This document shows, one piece after another, positions 9,278 to 18,552 of a DNA stretch of 26,652 nt. A model generated the notes under the pieces. The model saw only the letters and a program-made list of their open reading frames with translations. It was not told the DNA's origin and did not search any database. Source of the stretch: Thermodesulfovibrionales bacterium (GTDB taxonomy: Bacteria > Nitrospirota > Thermodesulfovibrionia > Thermodesulfovibrionales > SM23-35); NCBI GenBank assembly GCA_963715195.1, contig CAVQRT010000010.1, positions 1-26,652 on the forward strand, written 5' to 3'. The number at the start of each line of letters is the position of its first letter. Position 1 is the stretch's first letter. The translations under genes were made by a program, and so were the position numbers.

Positions 9278-9310
9278 CTTTTTTCAGCCTGGCACCTTTC
9301 TTCAGACCGG

Positions 9311-9342
9311 TTGACATCAATTATATTACAGTGTAATATAAT
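9311..9342 (+). promoter_or_regulatory. Sigma70 promoter overlapped by a perfect palindromic operator
   Basis: TTGACA (9311)-17 nt-TAATAT. ATTATATTACA-G-TGTAATATAAT (9320-9342) has perfect 11-bp arms. Confidence 0.75.
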
Positions 9343-9361
9343 GTTTACAAAAGGAGGTACA

Positions 9362-9778
9362 ATGAAAAGTGTCGTAAAAAGTGTCCGGCTTGACAAAAAA
9401 ACTCTCTCTGAAGTTGAAAGTCTTCTTCGATTCAAAAATGAGACGTTTTCCAGTATGACAACCGAATTAATCACAGAAGCTATTAAAATGAGGAAGTGCC
9501 CGGGAATAATTTTTGTTGAAGGGGCAACAGGAAGACGCGCGAGGATTGAGGGTACGGGAATAGATGTCTGGGAACTTATCTCTGCTTATCATGATCTTAG
9601 GGATGATCTTCCTTCTTTAAAGGAGGCATTTCATTGGCTGACAGACAGGCAGATTATGGCGGCAATTGGCTATGCACGGATATATCCTGATGAAATAGAA
9701 ATGCTTATCAGGAAAAATAGGGAGTGGAGTAGAGAAAATGCCCGCACTGAATTGCCTTTTACCCGACAGAAAGGATGA
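9362..9778 (+). CDS. DUF433-domain antitoxin with an N-terminal RHH-like segment
   Basis: AAGGAGG RBS before ATG 9362. PGIIFVEGATGRRARIEGTGIDVWELI...LTDRQIMAAIGY. 4-bp overlap with the PIN-like gene. Confidence 0.85.
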   Translation: MKSVVKSVRLDKKTLSEVESLLRFKNETFSSMTTELITEAIKMRKCPGIIFVEGATGRRARIEGTGIDVWELISAYHDLRDDLPSLKEAFHWLTDRQIMAAIGYARIYPDEIEMLIRKNREWSRENARTELPFTRQKG

Positions 9779-10119
9779 AACTTCTTCTGGATGAGGACCT
9801 CAGCCCGAAAATAGCCATTATTCTGAGAGACAAAGGTATAGATGCGCTGAGCATTCACGAAATTGGTAGGACAGGATTTACTGATTATGAGCAGTTGGAA
9901 TATGCGGCCTCTGAGGGTCGTTGTTTTGTGACACGCAACAGGAATGATTATATCCTTCTTACACGCCAATTTTTCTCAAATGGTATGTCCCACAAAGGAG
10001 TAATAATTCTGCCGGCGACATACAAACTCAATGACTTCAAGGGAATTGCAAATGCGCTTTCAAAATATGTGTCAAAATGGGAAGAAGATTCCTCTGATTA
10101 TCTCTTTGACTTTGTTTGA
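9775..10119 (+). CDS. DUF5615 PIN-like toxin
   Basis: MKLLLDEDLSP...GIDA...G.TDYEQLEYA..EGRCFVTRNRNDY...HKGVI. Confidence 0.85.
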   Translation: MKLLLDEDLSPKIAIILRDKGIDALSIHEIGRTGFTDYEQLEYAASEGRCFVTRNRNDYILLTRQFFSNGMSHKGVIILPATYKLNDFKGIANALSKYVSKWEEDSSDYLFDFV

Positions 10120-10139
10120 TGATTTGCTTCTTGAAAGAT

Positions 10140-10253
10140 ATTGCCCGACACCCGATCTGAGTCGAGGGCAGGCTTGATTGGGCAATCCAATGAAAGGAAC
10201 TGGATTCTCGGGCCCTCCAAAATGAAGGCGGACAAGCAAGCCAGAGAATGACA
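10140..10253. repeat. Degenerate nested GTCAT-family palindrome
   Basis: attgcccga...cttgattgggcaatcca ... tggattctc...gagaatgaca, with inner hairpins. Confidence 0.6.
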
Positions 10254-10368
10254 GTTTTGAGTTTGGCTTTTAGCCCTGTGCTCTTGGCGCAGGGTTCTTA
10301 ACTTTCCTTGCATATATGTTTCAACTTTATCTGTATTCGGCATTATTGATGGATAGCATATATCAAAT

Positions 10369-10782
10369 TTATCTCTGCCAAGGATTAATTACTTCAAGCC
10401 CCGGATAATCGAAATCTTTGGCATTGCGTGTAACAAGCCGTAACTCGAAATGTAAGGCTGTCGCAGCAAGAAGACTGTCGATGGCAGGAACCGGGCGGCC
10501 AACCTCTGCGAGCAGTCTGCCCCATCGGTCGGCAACAGGAATATCAATTGGAAGTATACGGCCCCCGAACCATGCTGTAAGTTCATGATCAAGCCAGAGG
10601 CGAAGCTTCTCTCGCCGTTTTTTATCCGTATGCCTTTCAATGCCTTTCCGAATTTCGCCAAGTGTTAGGACGCTAATGAAGAGTGCCTCAGTCGGAATCT
10701 GGTCAATCCATGTAATTACTCGTTGGTCCTGTTGTCGTCGTACCGTCTCTGAGATAACATTTGTATCGAGTAAATAGCTCAC
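10369..10782 (-). CDS. vapC: VapC-family PIN ribonuclease toxin
   Basis: YLLDTNVISE, ISVLTLGEIRKG, IDSLLAATA..LVTRNAKDF. Confidence 0.92.
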   Translation of the reverse strand: MSYLLDTNVISETVRRQQDQRVITWIDQIPTEALFISVLTLGEIRKGIERHTDKKRREKLRLWLDHELTAWFGGRILPIDIPVADRWGRLLAEVGRPVPAIDSLLAATALHFELRLVTRNAKDFDYPGLEVINPWQR

Positions 10783-11033
10783 CGGATATCAGTCTCCCGG
10801 GTTATGGTCTGGACCCGCTTCATATCAATATCCGTGCCGTAGAGAGGCGATTTCCGCATGAAATCGACAAAACTCTCCAACGGATGCTTGAGCCGCTCAT
10901 ACTCATCTCTCGAAATAATCACAGCAGTCGGCTCCCCGCGCATCGTAATAGTCTGTGGCCCTTCTCTTGAGGCCTGCTTGATTACCTCGCTCAAACGCGC
11001 TTTTGCTTCTTGCAATTGCCAGGTTCTTCCCAT
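10779..11033 (-). CDS. Phd/YefM-family antitoxin
   Basis: WQLQEAKARLSEVI..A..EGPQTIT.RGEP.AVIIS. 4-bp overlap with vapC. Confidence 0.92.
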   Translation of the reverse strand: MGRTWQLQEAKARLSEVIKQASREGPQTITMRGEPTAVIISRDEYERLKHPLESFVDFMRKSPLYGTDIDMKRVQTITRETDIR

Positions 11034-11045
11034 AAAATTCTCCTT

Positions 11046-11060
11046 ACTAGTCAGACTAGT
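11046..11060. promoter_or_regulatory. Palindromic operator candidate for phd-vapC
   Basis: ACTAGTC-A-GACTAGT directly upstream of the RBS on the minus strand. Confidence 0.6.
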
Positions 11061-11147
11061 CTAGTATACTCTCTGCTGAGCAGGAGATCAAGTGTTTTGT
11101 TTGCAATGATGACTCCTTGCCTCTAGTCTGCTGTCCCATAAAAAACT

Positions 11148-11223
11148 TGTCATTCCGAACTTGTTTCGGAATCTGTCTTCTTTATATGAGGAAAGACCCT
11201 GAAACAAGTTCAGAGATGATGAC
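11148..11223. repeat. GTCAT-tagged bipartite palindrome
   Basis: tgtcattccgaacttgtttcggaatct ... agaccctgaaacaagttcagagatgatgac. Confidence 0.75.
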
Positions 11224-11236
11224 GGAGTCCGGACCG

Positions 11237-11285
11237 GTACAAATTGCGAATGGTATTGACAATTTGTACTATCGGCATATAGCAT
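11237..11285 (+). promoter_or_regulatory. Promoter with a 10-bp inverted repeat upstream of the AAA ATPase
   Basis: GTACAAATTG-13 nt-CAATTTGTAC overlaps TTGACA (11256). TAGCAT at 11280. Confidence 0.6.
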
Positions 11286-11291
11286 AATCAT

Positions 11292-12443
11292 ATGATTCAG
11301 AGAAACGCATACCATACTCTAATGCGTCTGGCGAGCGGTTTCCCCGTTATGGCGATCACCGGCCCTCGCCAGTCAGGCAAGACAACGCTTGCTAAAATGG
11401 CTTTCCCTCATAAGCCGTATCTATCTCTGGAAGACCCCGATGTGCGAAGCCTCGCAGAGGAGGACCCAAGGGGGCTTCTGTCCAGATTTTCAGATGGAGC
11501 TGTATTGGATGAAGTGCAGAGGGCTCCAGAACTCTTTTCGTATTTGCAGACGCATGTAGATGCTCATATGCGCCCCGGGATGTTTGTGCTCACGGGTTCC
11601 CAACAGTTCGGCCTGCTGTCAGGCCTCAGCCAATCACTTGCAGGTAGGGTGGGGCTGGTGCAATTGCTCCCTTTCTCGGTCAGCGAACTGAAAGCAGCAA
11701 AACGTCTCCCTGTAACTATAGATGAATTGCTTTTTCAAGGCCTTTATCCTCCGATTTACGACCGTGACCTTATGCCTGGTGATTGGTTTGCAGGGTATAT
11801 GATGACGTATATAGAGCGAGATGTGAGGCAGTTAATCAATGTGCGCGACCTTTCCACATTTCAGCGTTTCGTAAAGATGTGCGCTGCCCGCACAGGCCAA
11901 TTGCTGAACCTTTCATCCCTCGCTGTTGACTGCGGCATTACGCATAACACGGCAGCTGCCTGGATTTCTGCGCTGGAAGCGAGCTACGTTGTGTGGTTAC
12001 TCAGACCTCATCACCGCAACTTCAATAAGCGTCTTGTCAAATCGCCGAAGCTGTATTTCGTTGATGTTGGGCTTGCTGCATGGCTGCTCGGAATCAGGGA
12101 ACTCGAACAGATATCATTTCACGCCCAGCGAGGCGCACTGTTTGAAAATTTTGTGATTATAGAGTTTCTCAAGGATCGGTTTCATCAGGGATTGCAGTCC
12201 GACCTCTACTTCTGGCGTGACAGCAAAGGGTTAGAAATCGACCTTATTTTGGCAGAAGGGGAAAATCTGAGACCTGTCGAGATTAAATCGGGTCAGACGA
12301 TTGTTCCGGAATTTTTCTCCAATGTTCAGAAATGGGCAGCCTTATCGGGCAACCCAAACCGTCCCATAACGATTGTATACGGCGGAGCGCGGGAACATGC
12401 AAAAGGAAGCGTTACGATAATTCCATGGAAAAAACTACCTTGA
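11292..12443 (+). CDS. AAA_14 ATPase with C-terminal DUF4143 (PD-(D/E)xK-like) domain
   Basis: GPRQSGKTT, VLDEVQ, LTGS, LAGR, KSPKLYFVDVGL, GALFENFV and YFWRD..GLEIDLI...VEIKSG. Confidence 0.92.
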   Translation: MIQRNAYHTLMRLASGFPVMAITGPRQSGKTTLAKMAFPHKPYLSLEDPDVRSLAEEDPRGLLSRFSDGAVLDEVQRAPELFSYLQTHVDAHMRPGMFVLTGSQQFGLLSGLSQSLAGRVGLVQLLPFSVSELKAAKRLPVTIDELLFQGLYPPIYDRDLMPGDWFAGYMMTYIERDVRQLINVRDLSTFQRFVKMCAARTGQLLNLSSLAVDCGITHNTAAAWISALEASYVVWLLRPHHRNFNKRLVKSPKLYFVDVGLAAWLLGIRELEQISFHAQRGALFENFVIIEFLKDRFHQGLQSDLYFWRDSKGLEIDLILAEGENLRPVEIKSGQTIVPEFFSNVQKWAALSGNPNRPITIVYGGAREHAKGSVTIIPWKKLP

Positions 12444-12798
12444 TATTCTGTCTCGGGAAACGAGGACTAACTATCAGCTGGTGCGATGAAAAAGAAAGTG
12501 AAGCAACAATTGTATTCCTTATGCAGCATTCGGTACACATAGACCAAGATCAGTAGACCTTAAACAGTAGATAGTAGACAGCGAGAAAGCAAAAAACCAA
12601 AATCCACAAATTGACGACGGGATCAGGATACTGAATTAATTGCAGAGATTTCTGCGCAAATGTTACACACCCCTGCACCTCTCTCAGGGGGAGCGAAGGT
12701 GTTGGACTTATCGGGAGGGGTCAGGAAAGCAAAGTTGAACCCATAGGAATTGAAAGTTTTACGTGCATTTAGGTAAAAACAACTTGCTGAGGTGCAGA

Positions 12799-13016
12799 TT
12801 ACTTAGCTGCTTCCACAGGGATGTTTTCAATACTCACATTTGCTATATCGGCGAGACTGAATCGTTGACTCACATCCAGAACCTCGATCCCAATAATTTG
12901 TCCATTCTTATCGAAATCGATGACAACGCCATCTTCGATTTCTTTGCTTTTGGCGACATATTCTTCCTAAAATAAACGTAAATCGCATCATCTTCCTTAC
13001 TATATTGTATTTTCAT
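12799..13016 (-). CDS. DUF2283 family small protein (one base missing near 12967; absent from the ORF track)
   Basis: MKIQYSKEDDAIYVYF joins EEYVAKSKEIEDGVVIDFDKNGQIIGIEVLDVSQRFSLADIANVSIENIPVEAAK*. Confidence 0.8.
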
Positions 13017-13051
13017 TGTTTTCTTTTATGATTTCGGACACTAAAAGTCAG

Positions 13052-13530
13052 CTACCTTGATTTTATCTTATCTTGGAGGATGTCAGGAAGTATCGAATCA
13101 AGGAATTCTGAAGGGTCCACTATCTTGAAGGAATAAGTACCCCCTTTCTTGAGTTTTCCAAAGTCTTTCTTATCGCCTGTGACGAGAAAGTCTGCTTTAC
13201 CATTTATGGCGGAAGCAAAACCGGGAGGTCTTTCCGGAGGATATCCATGATCTGTTTAGAAAACTTTTCAATCTCATCTGTCGGTGGTAGAGGAATAATC
13301 TCGAGACTCAGTTCGGGGAAATATTTATTGTATACAGGTAGAGCGCTTGATAATTTTTTGGACAGGTTTCGTTCAATTTCGGTTATATTGTACCTGCCTG
13401 TTATGCCTGTGAGAAAAGGAAGTCCCGTGCAGAGTATATCGAGGATAATGCGCGGTGCTCCCTTTTCAGAAATAAGACCCGAGAGAATGACGTTGGAATC
13501 CAGAAATACTCTAACGACTTTTTTTGCCAT
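13052..13530 (-). CDS. PIN-domain toxin (PIN_3-like), frameshifted
   Basis: RVFLDSNVILSG...KDLPV joins ASAINGKADFLVTGDKKDF, then SFKIVDPSEFLDSILPDILQDKIKSR*. Confidence 0.82.
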
Positions 13531-13798
13531 ATCGCTCTTTGAAAAGGGTTTTTCTCTCCTCCTTTAGGCCGGCTAACAGGTCTTCGAGTGTAAGACCAGA
13601 CTCCTTCATTATCCTTCCGATCTCCCTTCTTGCTTCGTCAAGCATGAGCCTTCTCGGCGTTATGAATATGGATTCACCGCAAGGAATAATCGAAACTACT
13701 TGACCCTCTTCAAGATTGCTCATATCCCTAATCTTTTTTGGAATAGTGAGCTGACCCCGAGACTTTATTTCCGCTAAAAACGGCTTTAGATTGCGCAT
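13511..13798 (-). CDS. AbrB/MazE/SpoVT-family antitoxin
   Basis: IKSRGQLTIPKKIRD..NLEEG. GGAGG RBS. Overlaps the PIN gene. Confidence 0.88.
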   Translation of the reverse strand: MRNLKPFLAEIKSRGQLTIPKKIRDMSNLEEGQVVSIIPCGESIFITPRRLMLDEARREIGRIMKESGLTLEDLLAGLKEERKTLFKERYGKKSR

Positions 13799-13970
13799 TA
13801 TTAACCTCCTTTCATGATTTCAGAATATCAGAAATCAGAAATTATTTTCAAGCCTCGCCTACTCACACTCCTTATATTCTCCGGAATCCCCGAACCCCAC
13901 GCGATTATTAAGAAAAATTAATTTTGCCTTCATACGTTATTCATATTCAAACTGTAGAATAGAGCATATA

Positions 13971-14066
13971 AAGGATTCGAGGATTCAAGTGCAGAAGTCA
14001 AAAGTGCAAAAGTGCAAATGAGCAAAAGAACTGAAGTGTAAAAGTCAGAAGAACAAAAAGTTCAGC
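13971..14066 (+). repeat. Degenerate 7/8-bp tandem array
   Basis: aggattcg aggattca agtgcaga agtcaaa agtgcaaa agtgcaaa ... agtgtaaa agtcaga agaacaaa. Confidence 0.65.
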
Positions 14067-14098
14067 ACTAAATGGAGAATCCCGGTAAAATCAGAGGT

Positions 14099-14266
14099 TG
14101 TCATTCTGAGCCCTTCGCCACCTGTCATTCTGAGCGAAGCGAAGAATCTCGCTGTTTGGTTCAGGATAAACTCCGTGAAGAATCTCTTACTATATCAACA
14201 CATTATAAGACCGAGATTCTTCGGTTGAAGCCTCAGAATGACATTGCGTCACAGCCTCTTAACCGG
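14099..14266 (+). repeat. Nested GTCAT-tagged composite repeat (element A)
   Basis: tgtcattctgagc occurs twice, ending gagattcttcggttgaagcctcagaatgacattgcgtcacagcctcttaaccgg. Inverted homolog at 26380-26521. Confidence 0.8.
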
Positions 14267-14317
14267 AGGCTTCATTGTTATTAGGGAGGTTGTGCGTAAA
14301 TCATGACTTACTTAATT

Positions 14318-14347
14318 TGTCATTCCGGCTTGGCCGGAATCTTTCCG
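14318..14347 (+). repeat. GTCAT-tagged palindrome (element B)
   Basis: tgtcattccggcttggccggaatctttccg, 29/30 identical to the reverse complement of 26062-26091. Confidence 0.8.
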
Positions 14348-14553
14348 GTTGCTCGGCGACAGGATAATTATTATAATTAAACCTTTAAAATTTATATTAA
14401 GAAAAGGTAAAATAGAAAAATTTTTTATGAAAAAAGCAATTATGCCAAGAAAAAAAGCAATATCTTCATTGACAATGACTAAAATATCGGTGATCTTATA
14501 TAGAGTTCCCAAGAAATAATCTCCTTAGGGAGGTTCTGCGCAAGGAGGTTTTT

Positions 14554-17500
14554 ATGAAAGCATAGGTATGCATTTGTTATGATTCTTTCTAATGAGCATA
14601 TTCTTCTGTTACTCATCTGCTGATGGCAGTAACTGCTCCAAGCAGTCTCTCTGCCATCAGCGGTATCAACGAGTCAGATTGATTTAAGCTGGACGGATAA
14701 CTCGAACTGATGAGAACCGGGTTTGAAATAGAGAGGTCGAATACGTTCTCGGAGGCTCGTTCAGCACAGATAGCAACGGTTGGGGCGCAGGACGACTTCA
14801 TATCAGAATACCGGCCTCAATGCATCTACGACTTATTACTATCGCGTACGCAGCTATAAGGTAAAGAATAAGAAGTTTACCGATTACTCAAACATCGCCA
14901 GTGCAACGACGCAGGGCGCGGGCAGATACAACACCGCCTGCGGTATCGATCACGAGCCCCTCATCCGGCACAACCTATACGAGTGCCCAGACGGTGACGA
15001 TTTACGCATCGGCATCGGACAATGTGGGCGTGACGAGGGTGGATTTCTATGATCGGGGTACTTATAAAGGAACAGACACGACTGTCATCATACACGTATT
15101 CCTGGACATTCACGAGTGCGGACAATGGCACGCACAACTGGACGGCGAGGGCCTATGATGCAGCGGGCAACAGCTCGACCTCCAGTGTTGTGAGTTTGAC
15201 GGTCAATATCAGCACAGCAGATACAACTCCCCCAACGGTATCGATTACAAGTCCTTCTTCTGGAGACGACCTACACAAGTGCGCAGACGGTGACGATTTA
15301 CGCATCGGCCTCGGACAATGTGGGCGTGACGAGGGTGGATTTCTATGATGGGGGTACTTATAAAGGAACAGACACGACTTCATCATACACGTATTCCTGG
15401 ACATTCACGAGTGCGGACAATGGCACACACAACTGGACGGCAAGGGCTTATGATGCAGCAGGCAACAGCTCGACCTCCAGTGTGGTGAGTTTGACGGTTA
15501 ATATTGGTTACGTTCAGCCCAACTGCACCGAGCAGTCTTTCAGCGCAGCTGCAGTTTCATCCAGCCAGATCAATTTAAGTTGGACAGACAATTCTTCCAA
15601 TGAAAGTGGGTTCAAGATAGAGAGATCGACTTCTGCCACCAGTGGTTTCAGCCAGATAGCGACGGTGGGAGCGAATGCCACGTCTTATTCGAACTCGGGT
15701 TTGAGTGCCTCGACGACCTATTATTACAGGGTCCGTGCATACAACTCAGCGGGGGATTCCGGTTATTCCAATACCGCGAGTGCGACGACACAGGGTACGA
15801 CGATAACCGTACCAGATGCACCAACCAATCTGACCGCAAGTGCAGTTTCGTCCAGTCAGATCAATTTGACATGGCAGGACAATTCAACAAATGAAGAAGG
15901 GTTTCACATCTGGCGATCATTCACCAGTGGGCTGGGTCCAGATTGCAGTTGTTGGAGCGAATACGACATCTTATGCAGATATCGGCTTAAGTGCATCTAC
16001 GACATATATGTACACTGTTCGTGCATATAATTCGGTAGGGGTACTTCGAGTTGGTCAAATGTTGTATCCGCGACCACCTTGTCGGGAACGGGCGACACGA
16101 CTCCACCGACTGGTACGATAGCAATCAATGGTGGGGCAACCTTTACTAATACAAGATCGGTGAGCTTAACGTTATCTGCCACCGACGATTCGGGGGTGTC
16201 TCAGATGTGTATCAGTAATACGGCGTCATGTTCAGCATGGGAAGCTATGCGACATCGAAGGCATGGACGTTGACGAGTGGAGACGGGACGAAGACGGTGT
16301 ATGTGTGGTACAAGGATGGGGCAGGGAACACGTCAACTGTTTATAGCGATACGATTTTCCTCGATACCGTGCCTCCTCAGTGTTCAATTATCATCAATAA
16401 TGGGGCCACGTATACGACCTCTGCTGCAGTGACGTTGACGTTATCGGCTGTAGATCCAAATCCGGGAAGCGGTCTTGCGCAGATGTGCGTAAGCAATGCA
16501 AGTAGTTCCTGTTCGTCGTGGGTAGCTTATGGAACATCAATGAACTGGACGTTGCCTTCGGGAGACGGCACAAAGACAGTTTATGCGTGGTTTAGGGACA
16601 ATGCCGGGAATCAAACTGCAACGCCATCAACAACTTCGGATACCATTGTTCTTGATACGGCAGCACCTCCGGTGCCATCGGGGTTGACGGCGACAGCAGT
16701 TTCATCCAGTCAGATCAACCTCACCTGGAACGCGGTAGTTGATACATACAGGCGGCTCAGGGCTTGCGGGGTATAAGGTATATCGGAGTGTGACACAGAT
16801 CGGAACAACAGCGGCCACGAACTATGCAGATTACGGACTGACCGCGAACACGCAGTACTGTTATCGGGTGGCATCATATGATAATGCGGGGAATGTATCT
16901 GGTCAGTGCACGCAGGCGTGTGCAACGACGCCATCAGGCTCCCAGCCTGGGTCACATATCTGGTCGGAGCGATTTGGCGGGGCGAGTAATGATTTTGGAC
17001 GGGCAGTGGAGGTAGATAGCACCGGCAATCTAATCGTAGCGGGACGGTTTATGGGAACAGTAAATTTTGGAGGTGGGCCTTTAACGAGCATTGGAAGTTC
17101 AAGTCTTTTTGTAGCGAAATATACTACTGAAGGAACATACCAATGGTCAAAGGCTTATGGTGGGGCGAGCAGTGATGTGATTGTTCAGAGTATAGCAATA
17201 GATAGCAGTGGGAATGTAGTAGTGGTTGGATATTTTACCGGCGCGGTGAATTTTGGAGGAGGAGTGCTTACAAGTGCTGGAGGGAATGATATCTTTCTTG
17301 TGAAGTACTCCGGAGCAAATGGAGCGCATGTTTGGTCAAAGAGGTTTGGCAGTTCCCAAAACGATGCAGGGTATGGAGTAACTGTAGATGAGTTCGAGCT
17401 ATGTTATCGTGACAGGTGGATTTAGAGGATCGGTAGATTTTGGTGGGGTAGCGTTGGTTGCATATGCATCAAGCGCGGACTTCTTTATAGCTAAATATAC

Positions 17501-18246
17501 GGGATCAGGCACTCACCAGTGGTCAAAACGGGTAACGAACAATGGTGATGATTACGGCTATAGTGTGGTGACAGACAGCAGTGGAGATATTCTTCTGACT
17601 GGTTATTTTTCGGGCAAGATTGACTTTGGCGGAGGAGTACTCACCAGCGCAGGTCTTTTTGACATATTTGTTGCCAAGTATTCAGGTGCCGGTACATATG
17701 TGTGGTCGAAGCAGTTGGGAAGCACGCAGGACGATTTTGGGTACGATATTGCCGTGGACAGTAGCGGTAATGTAGTGGTCACAGGGGTATTTAAAGGTTC
17801 TGTAAATTTTGGTGGTGGGGCCACTGACCAGCGCTGCTTTGCAGGATATATTTGTGGCCAAGTATAGTGGGACAAATGGTGCCCACCAATGGGCGAAGAG
17901 ATTTGGTGGGTCGAGCGACGATGTCGTTAACAAAATTGCTGTTGATGTAAACGGCGATGTGGTCATGACAGGATATTTCCAAAAGACCGTGGATTTTGGA
18001 GGTGGTCCTTTAAGTAGCATGGGTCTCTTTGATGTTTTTGTAGCTAAGTATGCCGGGACAAACGGAGCACACAAGTGGTCGAAGAGATTTGGAAGCACCA
18101 GCAACGATGCAGGCTACGGAATTAGCACGGACAGTTCTGGCAATGTGATTGCAACAGGCTATTTTATGGGATCGGTAGATTTTGGCGGCGGAACATTAAC
18201 CAGCGCCGGTACCCTCGATGTGTTTGTCGTTAAATTGGCTCAGTAG
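14554..18246 (+). CDS. Large secreted FN3/Ig-like/7-bladed beta-propeller protein, paralog 1 (multiple apparent indel errors)
   Basis: AAGGAGG RBS and signal peptide. Four FN3 repeats (AVSSSQINLSW..YYYRVRAY), two Big_7-like repeats (DTTPPTVSITSP..ARAYDAAGN), two Ig-like repeats (INGGATFT..GDGTKTVY.W.KD.AGN) and seven W.KRFG..D....AVD..GN....G.F.G.V.FGGG.LTS.G..DIFVAKY blades. Confidence 0.85.
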
Positions 18247-18257
18247 TGAATGCATCT

Positions 18258-18290
18258 ATATGTGCGGGGTCTTTAGCCCGGCACATATTT
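18258..18290 (+). terminator. Hairpin terminator candidate after paralog 1
   Basis: atatgtgc-ggg...ccc-g-gcacatat followed by a short T run. Confidence 0.5.
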
Positions 18291-18552
18291 CTACAACTAA
18301 CACCTTCTAAATATTTTCTTTTCGAATAAAATTTATTGAGGAGCTCAATGCTGCTCTTTTTGTCCTCATTGATGATTTTTTAGGTTTTATCCCCCTCGCA
18401 GTCTTTTCCCCAAAACATTTTGAAAGTATCTATCAGTCAGAATTATCCCCTGTGATTTGGCTCACTGTGTCCATATGCTTAAACGGTTTTAAATATAGCA
18501 GTGAATGAGGAAGCGTGAGACTGGTATAAATAAATTTTTTAAGGAGGTAGTC

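Noticed and set aside
14072..14284. 70-aa ORF similar to ORF 26305-26547
   Set aside because: The similarity comes from translating the same non-coding palindromic repeat.
9248..14347. Classical integron cassette array
   Set aside because: No intI or recognisable attC (RYYYAAC...GTTRRRY), and the modules are in mixed orientation.
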